The notes: generated by a model not told the origin, from the letters alone. A stretch of 36,198 bases of DNA from Guillardia theta CCMP2712 (GCF_000315625.1 NW_005434633.1:520260-556457), one strand, 5' to 3'; positions 10,048 to 23,077 are shown, counted from the stretch's first letter. Numbers and translations are program-made.

Positions 10048-13000
10048 TCAGTATCCGTCTGAGTCTTGGAACAAACTCATCAACTTGTTCATGTTTCCTC
10101 CCCCTTCCTGTGCACACCAGGAAGCCGGCTGCGAGTCAGCATCTGCTCCAAAGGGAAGCAAGCTCGTATCCTCTTCGGTGTCGAGCCAGGCAGGAGCATT
10201 CCCTCCCTCTAGCCAGTGAGGGACTCCGGGGATCGCTCGGTCCCCCCATGGCGGCTGCTGGGTAAGGTCGTCTTGGCCTCTGTCGTCCTGCTGGTCCCAC
10301 GTTCCCGTCGTGTTGAAGCTCGAGAAGTTGAGACCTGAGAAGAAGCTCTCAAGCTTCTCCTCGTAGCTGGGGTGCTTGGTGAACTCTCCTTGGACCTCCC
10401 GGCCCACGTCGTCTAGAAACATCACGTTCAGGGCGAAGAAGGAAGGCAGAGAAGGGAAAGAGGAGGGCGAGGGCGAGGGCGAGGGCGAGGGCGAGGGCGA
10501 GGGCGAGGGCGGGCAATGGAAGATACCAACTTCCACCAACATCTCTGCTCTGGCGGGCTCGTGCAGGAAGCTGTCAGAAACTCTCAGCGCAAACTCTCCC
10601 CGATCTCCTCCTAGTTGCCTGCAGCCGAGGGCAGACAGGGTGGAAACAACCTCCTTGTGGCCCCCTGAGTGCGCCCAGTGCATTGGAGACCATCCCGCAG
10701 CATCCTGCCTTACCCTGAGAAGAGGCAACAGCCTCACCCGCCCACCTTGGACATCGGGTCGCTTCCTGCCCTTATCAGCAGCTCTAGGATGTGCCTGATC
10801 TTAACCACGGGTGAGTTGATACCTCGTCCCCACAGGGGTTGCAGAGCAAGACGTGCGTATACCCTTGCCCCTTCCTCGCTGCAAAGTGCAGGGCAGAGTT
10901 GCCGAAGTAATCCCTCCCGTTGGCATCGGCCCCGGACCCTGCCGGCAGGTCAGCAGGCTGGCTGGCTGGGTCCTTGGCTTCGCACAGAGAAGGAAGTCGA
11001 CTAGCTGCGTGTGGCCGAACTCGCATGCCAGGTGCAGCGCAGTCGCGTTGAAGACGTCTCGGGCCAGCACGTCTCCTCCTGCCTTCACCAGCGCCTGAGA
11101 GCAGCCCAGATGGCCGTTGCCTGCGGACCAGTGCAGAGCCTGAGGACCGTCGGGGTGAGAGAGGGACGGGGAGGGACAGCAGGGCGCCTGACCGTCTTGC
11201 CGCTCCGATCGCAAGCCTTCACATCTGCTCCTGCAGCAAGCAGCGTCTCCATCATCTGGGCGAAGGATCGGAGTCAAATCCTCCTCCCCCCCCCTGCTCT
11301 GCGTACTTGCTCGTTTCCCCTGGAGGCGGCGAAGTGCAGGGCAGAGCAGTCGGAAGCATCCACGGCGTTGACATCAGCTCCTGCCTCCAGTAGAAGTTTG
11401 ACGACGCTGGTATGACCGTTCATCACAGCCTTGTGCAACGAGGTTCCCTGTTGCTCATCCCTTGCATCGACGTCTTCTACAAACTTGAGAAGCAGGGACA
11501 GTGTTCTGTTGTATCCCCTGTAGGCCGCGAAGTGCACGGCAGAGCAGTTGAACCTGGCGGCAACGCGTCATGCTCTCACCCAACGCCGGAAAGACCGAAT
11601 CACCTGTCTCTTGCATTCACGTTAGCCCCCAGCCCGATCAGACATTTGATCTGGTGGAAAAGTGAGAACGTGCTGGTTACAACTCAATTCCCAGCTCACA
11701 GTTTCCTCGCATCCCTGCCAAGCCGCAAACATCAGAGCTGTCCTGTTGTCATGATCCACCAAATCGATCTCTGTGCCGTGTTTGAACAATCGCCTGATCA
11801 CCCAGAATTTGCCATGGCTGGCAGCCACATGGATGGGGCAACGACCGAAATCATCCCTCGAGTCGATTTTTGCACCATTCTTGTACTGCCAGTGGAGCGG
11901 AGAGGAGGATGAAACCACAGAAAACTGTCAGAACAAGAGGAAGCAAGGGATCGGACCGCGGCCTCACCAGCAATCGAATCATCTTGTTGTTCCCACTATG
12001 AACGGCGTAATGCATGGCGGTCCTGCCCCGGTTGTCCACCCACTCGACAACATTCTTCTTCCTGCGATCGCCGTGTGTGAGATGCAAACCATTCTGAGCC
12101 GTTGCTGCGCACCTCGAGACGAACTCCTTGGCAAGCTCTACGTCCTCTTGAGATACGGCTTTCAACCACTCCCACAAGGACAGGTCGTCTTCAAGAATCG
12201 ATTCTGAATGGTTCACCAAAGGCAAAGGATCTGCATGCTCTGCAAACACAGCAATGTTAGTGTCTGAGTTGAGCGGAATGAGAAGGAGAAAACCTTCTCT
12301 GGATATGCCCACGGTCGAAAAAGTGCTTTCATCCGCTGTCTCGACACCCTCCGTCTTGTCCTCGCCCTCCTTAGGGTCATCGACTTCAATCTTCGCTTGT
12401 CTCGCCTGTAAGGACGAGGAGTTATCAATGAGTCTTCTACCTCCTGCACAATCTTTACCAACTCCAGACAAGAAATTCCTTGCTTGTCAACAGCTGAGAT
12501 GTTCGCGCCATGGGCGATCAGTTTATCAGCCGCGTACCTGGTATTTCCATATCACCGTCAAGGTGATCTAGAATCTTTCAGCGACCTCTGGCGACACATC
12601 AGCGCTAGATGCAGCGGTGTGTGCCCAAAGTCGTCTTGCAAGGAAGCATTGCTGCCAAAGTGTAGCTGGAGCAAGGGCAGATCAGGATTCAAAAACAGGG
12701 CGAGGGGATTCGTATCACCAAGCACTCCACCGTGTTGGTATGGCCGGCTTCTGCAGCCAGATGCAGCGCCGTCCGTCCTCTAGCGTCTCGAGCCGAGACG
12801 TTTGCATGCAGCTGGATCAGTCGGTCTACCGTCTTGCTGTATCCTCGCAGGGCCCCTGTACGAACGGATCAGGGCCGAGTGAGGAGCGATGGGTAGCCAG
12901 CTCTCACCCATCATGAGGGGAGTTAAGCCTTCCCCGTTCCGACACTCGACAGAGACACCTCGAGCAAGAGAAGGGATCGCCCAGTAATGTCCGGAAGACG

Positions 13001-13541
13001 CAGCATCCAGAAGTGCCTCCTCTACCCCTTCCCTGTCATGGCCATTCCTGGGAGGCGAATGGCCCGAGCTGCTCAAGGAAGCAGGCGAGTGCGGCACCTT
13101 GCCCACTGGATTCTCAACCCTGTGGCTGCTCGAAACCCGCCGGTAAGCTGAAGGCTCCTGCCTCCGGGCCTCGTCAGAGCGTTTTCCTCCTCCATTCAAA
13201 CGTCCGACGAGAATTCTAGATGTCGTACGCCCGCATGCCATGCTTCTCGCTCCTCCGAAACAATCTACTCCGTGATCGTATCTGTGCGAGCCCATGGCAC
13301 ATCCGCGCATCTCCTTCAGCCTGTGACGCGTCGATGCAGGGTCGTCCTCAGGGTTTTGCGCGATGTTCGGGAGGAGAGGAGAACGGCTCGGCCTGCCCTG
13401 AGAAGCTTCTGCATCATGAAGGTGCCCTGGGATCTCGGCGACAATTTGTCTCATGGAGGAGAAGCCGCCATGAGGGGCGTCGCCTCCGCCATCAGCCATG
13501 AGCCAGCAGCCGCTGATCAGCAATAGCGCCCATTGCGCCAT
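10048..13541 (-). CDS. Multi-exon ankyrin-repeat protein with possible signal peptide
   Basis: Many ANK motifs across exons: EGLTPLM, RGRTALHLAAEAGH, RGRTAMHYAVHSG, FGRCPIHVAASHG, QGTSLHKAVMNGH..AGADVNA, FNATALHLACEFGH, FGNSALHFAARKG, AGWSPMHWAHSGGH. N-terminus MAQWALLLISGCWLMA. Confidence 0.88.
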
Positions 13542-13554
13542 GCCGCTACTCCAA

Positions 13555-13930
13555 CTTGTTACTACCCCCACCCCCAACATTCAAACTAACCACCACCCTA
13601 CCCTGGGACTAACTCCTGTATATGAGTGTACCCTACAAATGGACCCCAAAAGTACCCCTTCATTGAAATGACCCCAAGGGTTGAAGACCCCACCAAATTT
13701 TCATTAGTACCCCCTCTTTCACCCTTTACTACCCCCTTTTTCTCTACCACCCTACCTAGATCAATCTTCCATCACCTCCATGTCTAACTTGCACGTATCC
13801 CCACTTACATATGAGACTACCCCATGAAATAATTGATAACCGGTCATTGTATTCGTAATAGTACCCCCCCATTTACATCGAATAATAATCATTCAAGAAC
13901 CCCTACCTACTATTTCAATCACCCCACCAC
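13555..13930. promoter_or_regulatory. TACCCC/ACCCC motif array filling a divergent (bidirectional) intergenic region
   Basis: AT-rich spacer with about 20 C-run motifs between ATG 13541 (-) and ATG 13958 (+). Confidence 0.45.
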
Positions 13931-13957
13931 CTGGCTGCCCCGTCGACGCCTCTGAAC

Positions 13958-14542
13958 ATGCTGGCCGCTCGGCAACAGAACATGAGAGCTATGGCGAAGG
14001 TTGCGCGCTGCTTCTCCTCTTTCACATCCTCCTCCTCCTCTTCCACTTCCTCTTCTTCCTCCTCCTTCTCTTCCTTCTCTTCCTTGTTGTCCCCTTCCCC
14101 CCCGTCCTCCTCCTCTTTATCCACTTGCTTTGTCCGCAATGCTTTCAAGTTTTCTGGAACCGACAGCAGCTTTCCTGCTGGCATCGCTGCTAAGGGATCG
14201 TTCCCTTCTGTCTCAACCCCGATCAGATATTCTCCTTTCCTCGGTCAGAGCTTGGAGCAGCTGGCTCAGTCGCGAGCTCGAGCGGGGAGCATTGGATCGC
14301 AGAGTCCAGGCCCGGCCCATTGCATGCTGAACCAGTTCGTCTTCGTCCCTTCGTTCGACGCGTTCGATGAAGATCAGGTCATCATGGAGGCGATGAATCG
14401 CAATGCAAGGAAGCCCACGAAAGCAAACCATGGAAAGAGGCCATGCTCGCACTGGGGCAGAAAGGCAAGAGGGAAGATCCATAAACATGCTGTCAAGCCG
14501 GATCTGAAAGGTGAGAGGAGGAGCAAGAAGAAGTTCAGGTGA
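13958..14542 (+). CDS. Probable mitochondrial precursor with short, very basic C-terminal domain
   Basis: Arg/Ala/Ser-rich, acid-free N-terminus with an RCFSS cleavage-like motif. C-terminus MNRNARKPTKANHGKRPCSHWGRKARGKIHK..RRSKKKFR. Intronless 194-aa ORF. Confidence 0.7.
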   Translation: MLAARQQNMRAMAKVARCFSSFTSSSSSSTSSSSSSFSSFSSLLSPSPPSSSSLSTCFVRNAFKFSGTDSSFPAGIAAKGSFPSVSTPIRYSPFLGQSLEQLAQSRARAGSIGSQSPGPAHCMLNQFVFVPSFDAFDEDQVIMEAMNRNARKPTKANHGKRPCSHWGRKARGKIHKHAVKPDLKGERRSKKKFR

Positions 14543-14890
14543 AGAATATTTACGTCGATCTGAGAGGATAAGCGTGTGAGGAGCTCTCTATTACAGATGT
14601 GGTTAGACATGGGGGTGATGGGGTGAGGTGCTCTTAACATCTTTGCTATAAAACGAACCTTGCAACATGAGACGAGTCTAATGAATGCTGCATACGCGTC
14701 AAACAATCTTTGTGTTTGCTTGCCTGGCGGGCAGTTCATTCAAAATCATGGAGATAGATCAGAAGACGAGGTTCAAGAGAAGCTTGTCTTCACATAAACA
14801 AAATAATTCAGCATGGGATGGCTTCGCGGCAGGGCTGGCATGCTCGCAGCCATGGCAGTTCGTCCCCTGACGCCCCTCAGTTTCAGCACT

Positions 14891-16035
14891 TCAGTCCTTC
14901 CAATATGCTTCCACCCAGAGCCATAGTGGATAGACGAGGAGCTGTGTGGATGTGAGGAGAGCGAGAGCAGGAGCAGGGGGGTACTATCAGGAAGCAGTGA
15001 CGCACAAAGGGAATGGAAGGAAGGGGGGAGGGGAGGAGAAGAGGAACGGGGGAGGGGAGGAGAAGAGGAACGGGGGAGGGGAGGAGAAGAGGAACGGGAG
15101 AGAGGGAGAGAGCAACTCGAGAGGAGGGGGATACACTAGGTGGGAAGAAGGAAGGGAAGGGAGGAGGAAGAGGGCAATGGAGTTACCGATAGAAGCAACC
15201 AGTATTTCTGGCCCTTCGACCTTGGAACCTTGGGCTTCGGCTCTTGTGCAACAGCGCCCTCCTCCTGTTCACGCTACCATCACATGCACACCGTCGCTCC
15301 TCTTGCTGCTCCTGCTCTTTGTCCTACTTTTTCCTGCTCCTGCTCCCGCCCCTGCCCCTGCCCCTGCCCCTCCTCCACACTCTCTCGCACCTTCCCACCC
15401 CACATCGTCCTCCCACCCTTTCTCGTTCTCGTTTTCCTCGTTTCTTACCCCTTCTCCTCCTGCAGCCTGCTGCTTTCTGTTTCCAAGGAAGGCCAAGACC
15501 GTCATGAGAAACCTGTGGAGGGTCAGGAGGAAAGGAGGAGAACCTCCAGCAGGAAGAGCAGAGCAGGGCAAGTCCAGAACAAGGAGGACACAACAACAGA
15601 TACAGGAGGAGGCAGGAAAGACGAAGGAGAGGAGGGGAGAGGAGGGGAAGGGGGGGGGGCGAGAGTCAGAGTCAGGAGCAAGAGGAGGGGGAAGGGGGGA
15701 GGGAGAAAGGAGAGGGAAGGGGAGGGGGGAGAATTGGGAAGGGGATAGTTACCAGAGGCCGAAGAGGAGGCAGTAGTAGACAGAGCGAGTGACCATGTCC
15801 GTGAGTTCAGCAGTCTCGAGCTCCTTGTAGTAGGCCGCTCTGCATGCAGCGATGAGCAGCGCGGGAGCAGAGGCGGGGCCGAAGGGGGGGGAGCAGGAGA
15901 AGCATATAGAGCAAGTGGAGGAGACGAGGGTAGGAGGAGCAGGGCAAGACTAGGCAGGAGCAGCAGCAGCAGCAGCAGCAGGAGAAGCAGCAGCAGCAGG
16001 AGAAGCAGCAGCAGCAGCAGGAGAAGCAGCAGGAG

Positions 16036-16075
<40 letters not shown>

Positions 16076-16413
16076 GGTAGCATCACCTGTCTGTAGCCTT
16101 GCCCGTCAATTTTCTCACAGCTTCTGAGATCTGCACGAATCTCTGCCTGTACAAACATTACAACTGTGACGAGGAAGAGGAAGAAGTGAAAGGAGATGGA
16201 AGGCGGGAATATAAAGGAAGAAGGGAGAGGACGTGGACGTGGACATGGAAAATGGAAAGCGGGAGCGAGAGCGAGAGCGAGGACGCAGGGGAGGCTCACT
16301 GGAGCTCAGGGTTTCCAGCCGTCTTGTCAGGATGGTAAATCTTTGAGAGCTCGCGAAACTGCTTCTTGATCTCTCCTGTGTAGGATGAGACAAGGTCAGA
16401 CTGTCAGGGAAGG

Positions 16414-16466
<53 letters not shown>

Positions 16467-18470
16467 GGGACGGGGACGAGGACGGGGACGGGGACGTGGA
16501 CGGGGACGGGGACGAGGACGGGGACGGGGAAGGGAATGGGGACGGGGAAGGGGACGGGGACAATGAGGAGAGTCAGACCTGCATCAGCCCCTCTTCGCAC
16601 CCCGATGATGGAATAGTAGTCCGGCACTGACTCGGGTCGGGCCCCGAGGATCTTGAAAGTGGAAAAGGTGAGAGAAGAAAATGAAACGAGAGACCAGCAA
16701 GACAAGCAAAGACAACTCGAGGAGACAACAAATCAAAAAGCAACACACATGTTCCAGAACAGAGGAAAGGGGCAAGAAGAGAAAAGACACATGAAGTCGC
16801 AGCTAACAGATGGGATGCAAAACATCACACCAAGACAAAGAAAACATCTCGAAGCCAATCCCACAGGCACTGACAAGTACATTTCTCCTCGACAACGAGA
16901 TCGTCAGACAGTATACAGCATAACAAAGCCCAACACGTCGCCCCCAACAACTTTCCTAGCACAACGCCCAGCAGACAAGTCATACACAACCCCCAGCTGA
17001 ACACCAGCACAGCTCCAGCAACATAACCGTCACAGGCTCTCACCCATTTCGCAGTGGACTTGTACTGCTCGGGAACCTCCATCATTTCCCTCTCGAAGTA
17101 CATGGCGCCGATGACAAGAGCTCCGATAGGAGCAGAGATAAGGATGACGAGGAGGAAGAAGCCGATGGTTGCGAGCTTGCCCTTGAGCCTGGCTGTGAAC
17201 TCCGGCATGACGATGAGGAAGAGAGTTCCCGAGGTCTGCAGCAAGTGAGCAAGGGAGAGGCGATAATGATCAATGATCACTGATAGGAAGGAGGGAGGAC
17301 AGGAACGTGTTGGAGGGTTGGGAGGAGAAGGAGGATCGGTGGAGGTCGAATGAAGACAAAGAGCAGGAGGAGAGAGGGAGGCATGAATTGAGGGTGGAAG
17401 GCGGATGGAACGGAGGAGAGCAAGGAGGAAAGGAGGGGCGGGGTTCATGAATGAGAGAGAGGGCGGGAAGGAGCGTGCGGAGCGCGCGAGCGAGGTTGAG
17501 GGACAGGAAGGGATAACTGCAGCAGGAGAGGACACGGGACGTCTCGCTCACCAATCCACTCAGCCCATCCCACAGGTACAGGAAGACCATCAGGGCGAGA
17601 AGCGCGGGGAAGAGACGCTGCCATGAGATTTCGACATGCATGTCGACCCCCTCCTCGCCCTCCCCTTCCCTCTTGCTTCCCCTGCCCAGCGAGTCATTGA
17701 ACAACCCCGTACCTCCTCCTCCTTCCCCACCCTTCCCGCTCTCCCCCCTGACTCGTTTCTCCTTCTCCCCCCTCCTCCCTCCAACCCACACACACACTGT
17801 CCACATCCCCATCCTCTGTCTACGCCTCTCCGTTTCCCTCCCCTTCTTCCTTCCCTTATCCCTTTCCCCCCTCCTCCTCCAGCTTACTCGTCAGACTTCT
17901 CTCCCTCTGCCTGCGCGCTCCCCTGCTTCAGCACCCTGCACATCCTGTACTTGTACAGGGGGACGAAGAGAGATTGTAACGAAAGAAAGATCATCATCCT
18001 CATCTGCTCCAGGTACAGAGAAGCATAAATGAGCACAGAGAACGTCACTCCCGCACTCATCGCCAAGTGTGACCAATTGATGCGATCTGCTCAAGTCACG
18101 GATCAGACGCAACACACTTCCCAACTCATCACACAGATCCCTTTTTCCATCCTTCAACATCCCGTTTTGGCTCTTCTTACTCCTCCTCTTCCTCCTCTTC
18201 CTCCTTTTCCTCCTCCTCCTCTTCCTGTTCTCCCTCTTCCTCCACCACCTTCTCCTCCCCTCCCTCCTCCTACCCATCCTCCTCATCCTCCTCACCTGAT
18301 TTGCATTCAGACGCAAGATTGCTGAGCAACATTCCTGCTCCGAACGTGCTCCATGTTCCCAAACTAGACTCGCGATGTCATTGCAGGCAGATGCTTGTAC
18401 AAACACGTCCACACACAAAAATAACGTTGTAACAAACATGCTGCAGACAGCATCATCAGGCATATCGAGT
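14891..18470 (-). CDS. Multi-pass membrane protein with class C J-domain (HPD intact); 5' end uncertain, may extend to about 19590
   Basis: Spliced J-domain: VPDYYSIIGVRRGADA / GEIKKQFRELSKIYHPDKTAGNPELQ (HPD at 16334-16326) / QRFVQISEAVRKL / AAYYKEL. Hydrophobic exons upstream (IGFFLLVILISAPIGALVIGAMYF; LFPALLALMVFLYLW) and a terminal exon LLVYPLWLWVEAYWKD* ending 14891. Confidence 0.78.
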
Positions 18471-19619
18471 CTTACCTGTTAGAATCGTTGGAATAGAAGA
18501 AGAGGAAGAGGAAGAGAGCGCGGAGAGGGGTGACCTCTCCTAGCAGTGGGATTTGCATTCTTGCTGATGACGCTCAAGCCAAGTGCTGAGGGCTACAACT
18601 GAAGGCGGACAAGTCACTCAAAGTCCTTAAGAGGTAGAGACATGGAGAAAAACCGCAAGACAGCATGAGTTTATGCGTGGTAAGAACATGCCTCGTGCAA
18701 CAAAAACAGAAACATCCCCACATCATACATGTTTCTCCTTGGCATGTTATATCGAAGTTTCCATCTCATCACGTCCTATCACATAATGTTCCATGAATTC
18801 TCCAGCATTGTTGCCAGTAGCGTATCTCCTCATTACGACAGAATGCCTTCGATTCGAATCGCATCACGTTTCCACAACTACTCAAAGCCGCTACAACCCT
18901 GATGCCTGATGCTTTCTACCCTCTCACCTATCTTGTCACGTGATCGAGGCATCTGAGCCTGAAGCTCTCTACCTACCAAGATATCTCTTCTAGCTACCTT
19001 CAAACCATGATCACAGCCTCCTCGTTGTTCAGGTATCTGAGAACAAATCCGCTCGATTTTGATGTTCCAAATGCTCTACATGCTAGATCTCAAAGGCGGA
19101 GGCTGCTTTTCCTGTCTCGTCTACATCCCTGATTTCATCTGAATTCTATCTGCAACCTTTCTTCCATGCATCTCGACTCTCGTGCCTCCTCTCCATTCCG
19201 TCCCTCTCCTTGTTCCGAATTCGACCTACTTGTCTCCCGGGATTCTTCCATCCCATGGCCTATACACCGGTACTGCATAGTATCCTAGATCGCATCCCTC
19301 CATCGCTGATGTGTCAGCTGCAGCTTCTCACTTTGCTTCTTCCTCGGAGCCTCCCCTTCCTACCTCGTAGCATATTTCTTACGCTCCTGTAAGCTCCGCA
19401 TTCCTTCTTTGCACTGCACCGCTCGTTCCTCATCCTTTCCAAGTTTTCATCTTCATGTCTATGTCTATCCTCCCTCCGCTCCTCCTCCTCCCTCGCCCTT
19501 CTCGCTCCTTCCTCCCTCGCCCTTCTCGCTCCTTCCTCCCTCGCTCCTCTCACTCCTTCCTCCCTCGCCCTCCTCCCCGTCCACCATGCTCTGTGGAGGC
19601 CGCTGCCGGGCTTGACGTG

Positions 19620-19900
19620 TTGACCAACTACCCTTAACTTGGTATAGTACCACCCCCCATTTGCGTAGCATATGTGACATGAAAGTACCGGTAGTAATAT
19701 GAACCTTACCCTCCCCTTCTTAAGATTATGGGCCAACGCACCCTGTAATTTCAGTGATGGAATACAACCCCTACCCCTGGACTTCCCCGGAATCGAACCC
19801 CTCACACCAGGCACCCGTGCGTCATCGGAACAGGTCCGAGGCTCATAACCAACTTTTACTCGAGAGTGACTTCCGAAGCCCGGCCCGGATTGAACTTGTC
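19620..19900. promoter_or_regulatory. Third TACCCC motif array with adjacent GC-rich motif block
   Basis: TACCCTT, TACCACCCCCC, TACCCTCCCC, AACCCCTACCCC, GAACCCC, followed by GTGACT..GCCCGGCCCGG. Confidence 0.35.
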
Positions 19901-20665
19901 GCAACGTCACTTGATGTCGGATGCTTTGCTTGATAACAAGTCACTGAGTGTTGTCCGAAGTTCCAGGCTGGGGTTGACGACTTGAAAATGATCCCGGTCT
20001 TGAACAAGAGAGTCGAAGAGAAACGGCGGGGCTTTGAAAGCAGTGGCAACTGAGGTAGGAGGTTTGAAAATCGGATATTATCTCGCCGCATGTAAATGTT
20101 GAATTGAACATCCTGCTAGGATTCAGAGAAGTCCCGAATAGACCGGAGCATCTCGCAATGTAGCCTCCGGGAACCACCACGGTGACAGCATGCTTGCTTT
20201 TCTGCGAAGTTGTTTCATACAGTAATCAGTGACGTGAGATGAAAGCAGGAGGTCACGGCAGCAACTCACACCATCATCGCAAAACAAACTTCCATCTGCG
20301 AGTTGCTAGCACGGTTCGTCAGTGGAAGAGTCTATTGGATAGCGTCGAGTCATCGCACTGCGGAAGGCGCTGTCAGGCTCAGTAGACTCGTAGGAGATAG
20401 AGTCATGATGGCCACGTGTGTCGTTTATCTATTCTAGCAAGCCTAAACAGCATCGCGACGAAGGTCCTCATCTCAAACGCAAAGATTGCTGGGCTCAGGC
20501 TGGCAACTTTGTATATTTCGAAATGATCGCCTACAGGAATCCTGACGATTCTAAAGTCTTGGAAGCACAACCTTGCAAGGCGACTCTCTACGTGCAAAAA
20601 CTTCTCTTCTTCTGTCGCGTCCTCCCAGGTTCCAACTACTCCCTTGGCGCTGCTCTTGCGATCGA

Positions 20666-22872
20666 CTACGTACGTGGCGGAGTGACAGTCATCCATCCCT
20701 TTGGCCTCCGCATCGCATCCTCCTTCGAAAGCATCATGATATACTGAGTGACTCCCCTGATTTGACTCTCCTGCTCCTGGCTTGCCTTCACTCCCTGAGA
20801 TGTGAAGCCTTGATCTCGTCCCCAGCAGGGCATTTCCTCATGCCCTGAAGGTACAACGAACACAAATAATTGCCTCTCAAACTTGTTCTTGGCTCGCAGA
20901 GCGTTCAAGATGTTGAGTAATGAGTCCACTTTGATAGGATGTTTCCCCGCCCGTGTCATCTGGAACATGTAGAGAACCCCGCTAGCAGACAATAACATCG
21001 CATCCATGCAAGGAAAGTTCGATGCCTTTGGCTTACAGTATGCATCCGGCATGATCACCCACTCCTCCAAGTCTCCGATTGATGACGCAAATTCAATGTA
21101 CGGTTGCGATTCCTTCAACTTCAGCTTTTCTGACCCGTTTCCATCGCCCGTATCCTCATCCAGCCTTTGCAGATGGTACATTCCTCCTCCCTTCAGCACC
21201 TCATGCGCAACGTGTTCAAAAGCTACACCTGCAGCTGACTGATAGCCAGAAGTAGGACTCGAAAAAGCAAAGTCGACAACATCATCCCAATCCCTTTTCA
21301 CAAGGGTCTCAAATATCATCTTCTCGGCCTTCGTCGAGCATATTCGAGCGGTAAAGGATCTGAAGTCAGTGCTGGGGGAAAGGTGAATCAGTTTCGATGG
21401 CATTCCAAGGTCGTCATTCACTGCTGCATCCATCTTGTTCTTGAGTGATATCACTGATTCTATTCCTCCAACAGCCTGCTCAAGTGTCTCTAAAGGTTTC
21501 ACGACGATGTTTCTCGGCACATTGCCCCAATCCTCCACGATCTTCTGTACTTCGTCGGGGTCCATACCACGCTCCGATTGCATCTGGATGAAGAGTGACA
21601 TCTCCTCGTCTGACCACAACGGCAAGAAATATCTCTTCGCCGATCCAGTATTCACAATTTCCTTGAACATCCCATACTTCGGTGGAGAGATTATGATTGT
21701 TTTCGCGGTTCGTGATATCGAATAGTTCCCATGGTATTTCCACAGATCACAGATATACCAGTGCCTAAACGTTTGAAGAAGGCGTTGCGCTACGGATCCA
21801 TCCATGAACAGGCTCCATGCTTCTCCATCAAAGTACCAATATTCACTCCCTATCTGATACACTACTTCCTCACCAGGCCGGAGGAGCTGAAGAAGTAAGA
21901 AGTATGCGAAGCAGGACTTCCCGATCCCTGGAGTACCTGTGAGGACCACTTGATGGCATCCTTGTATGGTGTCCTTGCCCTTTAGCGTCTCTGGGTCCAA
22001 CTTGAAATCATTGGCAATCAGCTCCCTCATCTTCAAGTAGCACGCTCGTATGAAGAGCTTGTTTCCAAGTGTCTCATAGCCTCCCAAGCATGTGGAGAAG
22101 CTGACGTATTCATTAGCCACCAAGCCCTTTCCTGCGCGTGCAGTAGTCCAGAGCTCTTTCAAGAAACTTAGCATGCCAACTAGCATCAGTCCTGTTAGTA
22201 CCCATGATAGCCACATTCAATTCTGTTTCACCTTCAGGTCTTGACAAGCTGTCTCGAAGTTGCACAGGACGTGGAATAAGCCCCTCAAGCCGCTTCTTGT
22301 CCTCTACAAGCCGCTTCTCCCTGTCTACAAGCAGCTGCTGGTACTGTACATGCTGCGTCTTGCTGCTTACAAGCTGCTTGAGGATCTCCTCCTGCGTTGG
22401 GTCATTTTGACCTTGCATCCCTTTCAACAGATCTGTAATCTCTTTTTGTACACCTTTGATCTTTCCTTGTACATCTTCGATCCCTCCTTGTACATTTCCG
22501 ATCTCTTCATTCCGCCTCTCTTGTTGTTCTCCTTCGATTTCTGATTGCAGTCCCTCGATCCCTGTGTGTACACCCTCCATTTCATTCATCCATGGAGACC
22601 TCTGAGTCCTAGAGTCCTGAGCTTCAGCAGAGATGCCGGAATTGAGGATCTCCTCAGAACCCGTCTTGGAACGAGGGGTTGAAGCTTGCTTCACATCTTG
22701 TCTCTTCTTTTCAGGCCCTGGGGGGCAGCGCGCAAGTCAGCTTCCCATAAAGAAATTGAGCCTCGCACTCAGCCATCGCAGCACGGGGGGGATCGACACT
22801 GGTACAAAATCGATAGGTCTCACCTTGGTTGTCGCGGTCTTCAGAGGGTTCGTTCGCCCTGGGCGTCTTCAT
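20666..22872 (-). CDS. Crinkler/RHS-type protein: coiled-coil header + P-loop NTPase + PD-(D/E)xK-like REase
   Basis: Model 22872-22824, 22717-22232, 22191-20666 (686 aa, phases consistent; 40-nt intron with TACTAAC branch point). Walker A GTPGIGKS (21937-21914), WYICD, IIISPP, LPLWSDEE, WGNVPR, GVAFEHVAH, PKASNFPCMDA, FQMTRAGKHPIK. The first exon is tentative. Confidence 0.88.
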
Positions 22873-23077
22873 GCTTCCCTCCCGTGGACACAACCGGTCC
22901 GAGAAACAAGAGTTTTACGTCATGCCGTCGCTTCCGTGGTTGGAGTAGTGGATCCCGCTGCCTTCTCCGTTTCCGAGTATTCGACGATGAGGCGGGCTTG
23001 TAGGGTCTATAGAGAGCATCGATCATCACTCTATAAGAGCGGGTCTTGACCCTATGCAGCACCTTTACATGCACAAC

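Noticed and set aside
18480-19600. Possible additional minus-strand exons or a separate gene
   Set aside because: Splice-like signals exist, but no consistent frame or recognisable product could be built.
19778-19860. tRNA-like T-loop/B-box GGTTCGATTCC on the minus strand
   Set aside because: The T-stem does not pair beyond 2 bp and there is no acceptor stem or D-arm. A similar GAGGGGTTCGAT occurs near 9084 as part of the G-run motif array.
20403-20747. Short ORFs at the Crinkler 3' end as a possible immunity or antitoxin partner
   Set aside because: They overlap the CRN terminus, have no recognisable motif, and both start at alternative or internal codons. Not supportable without expression data.
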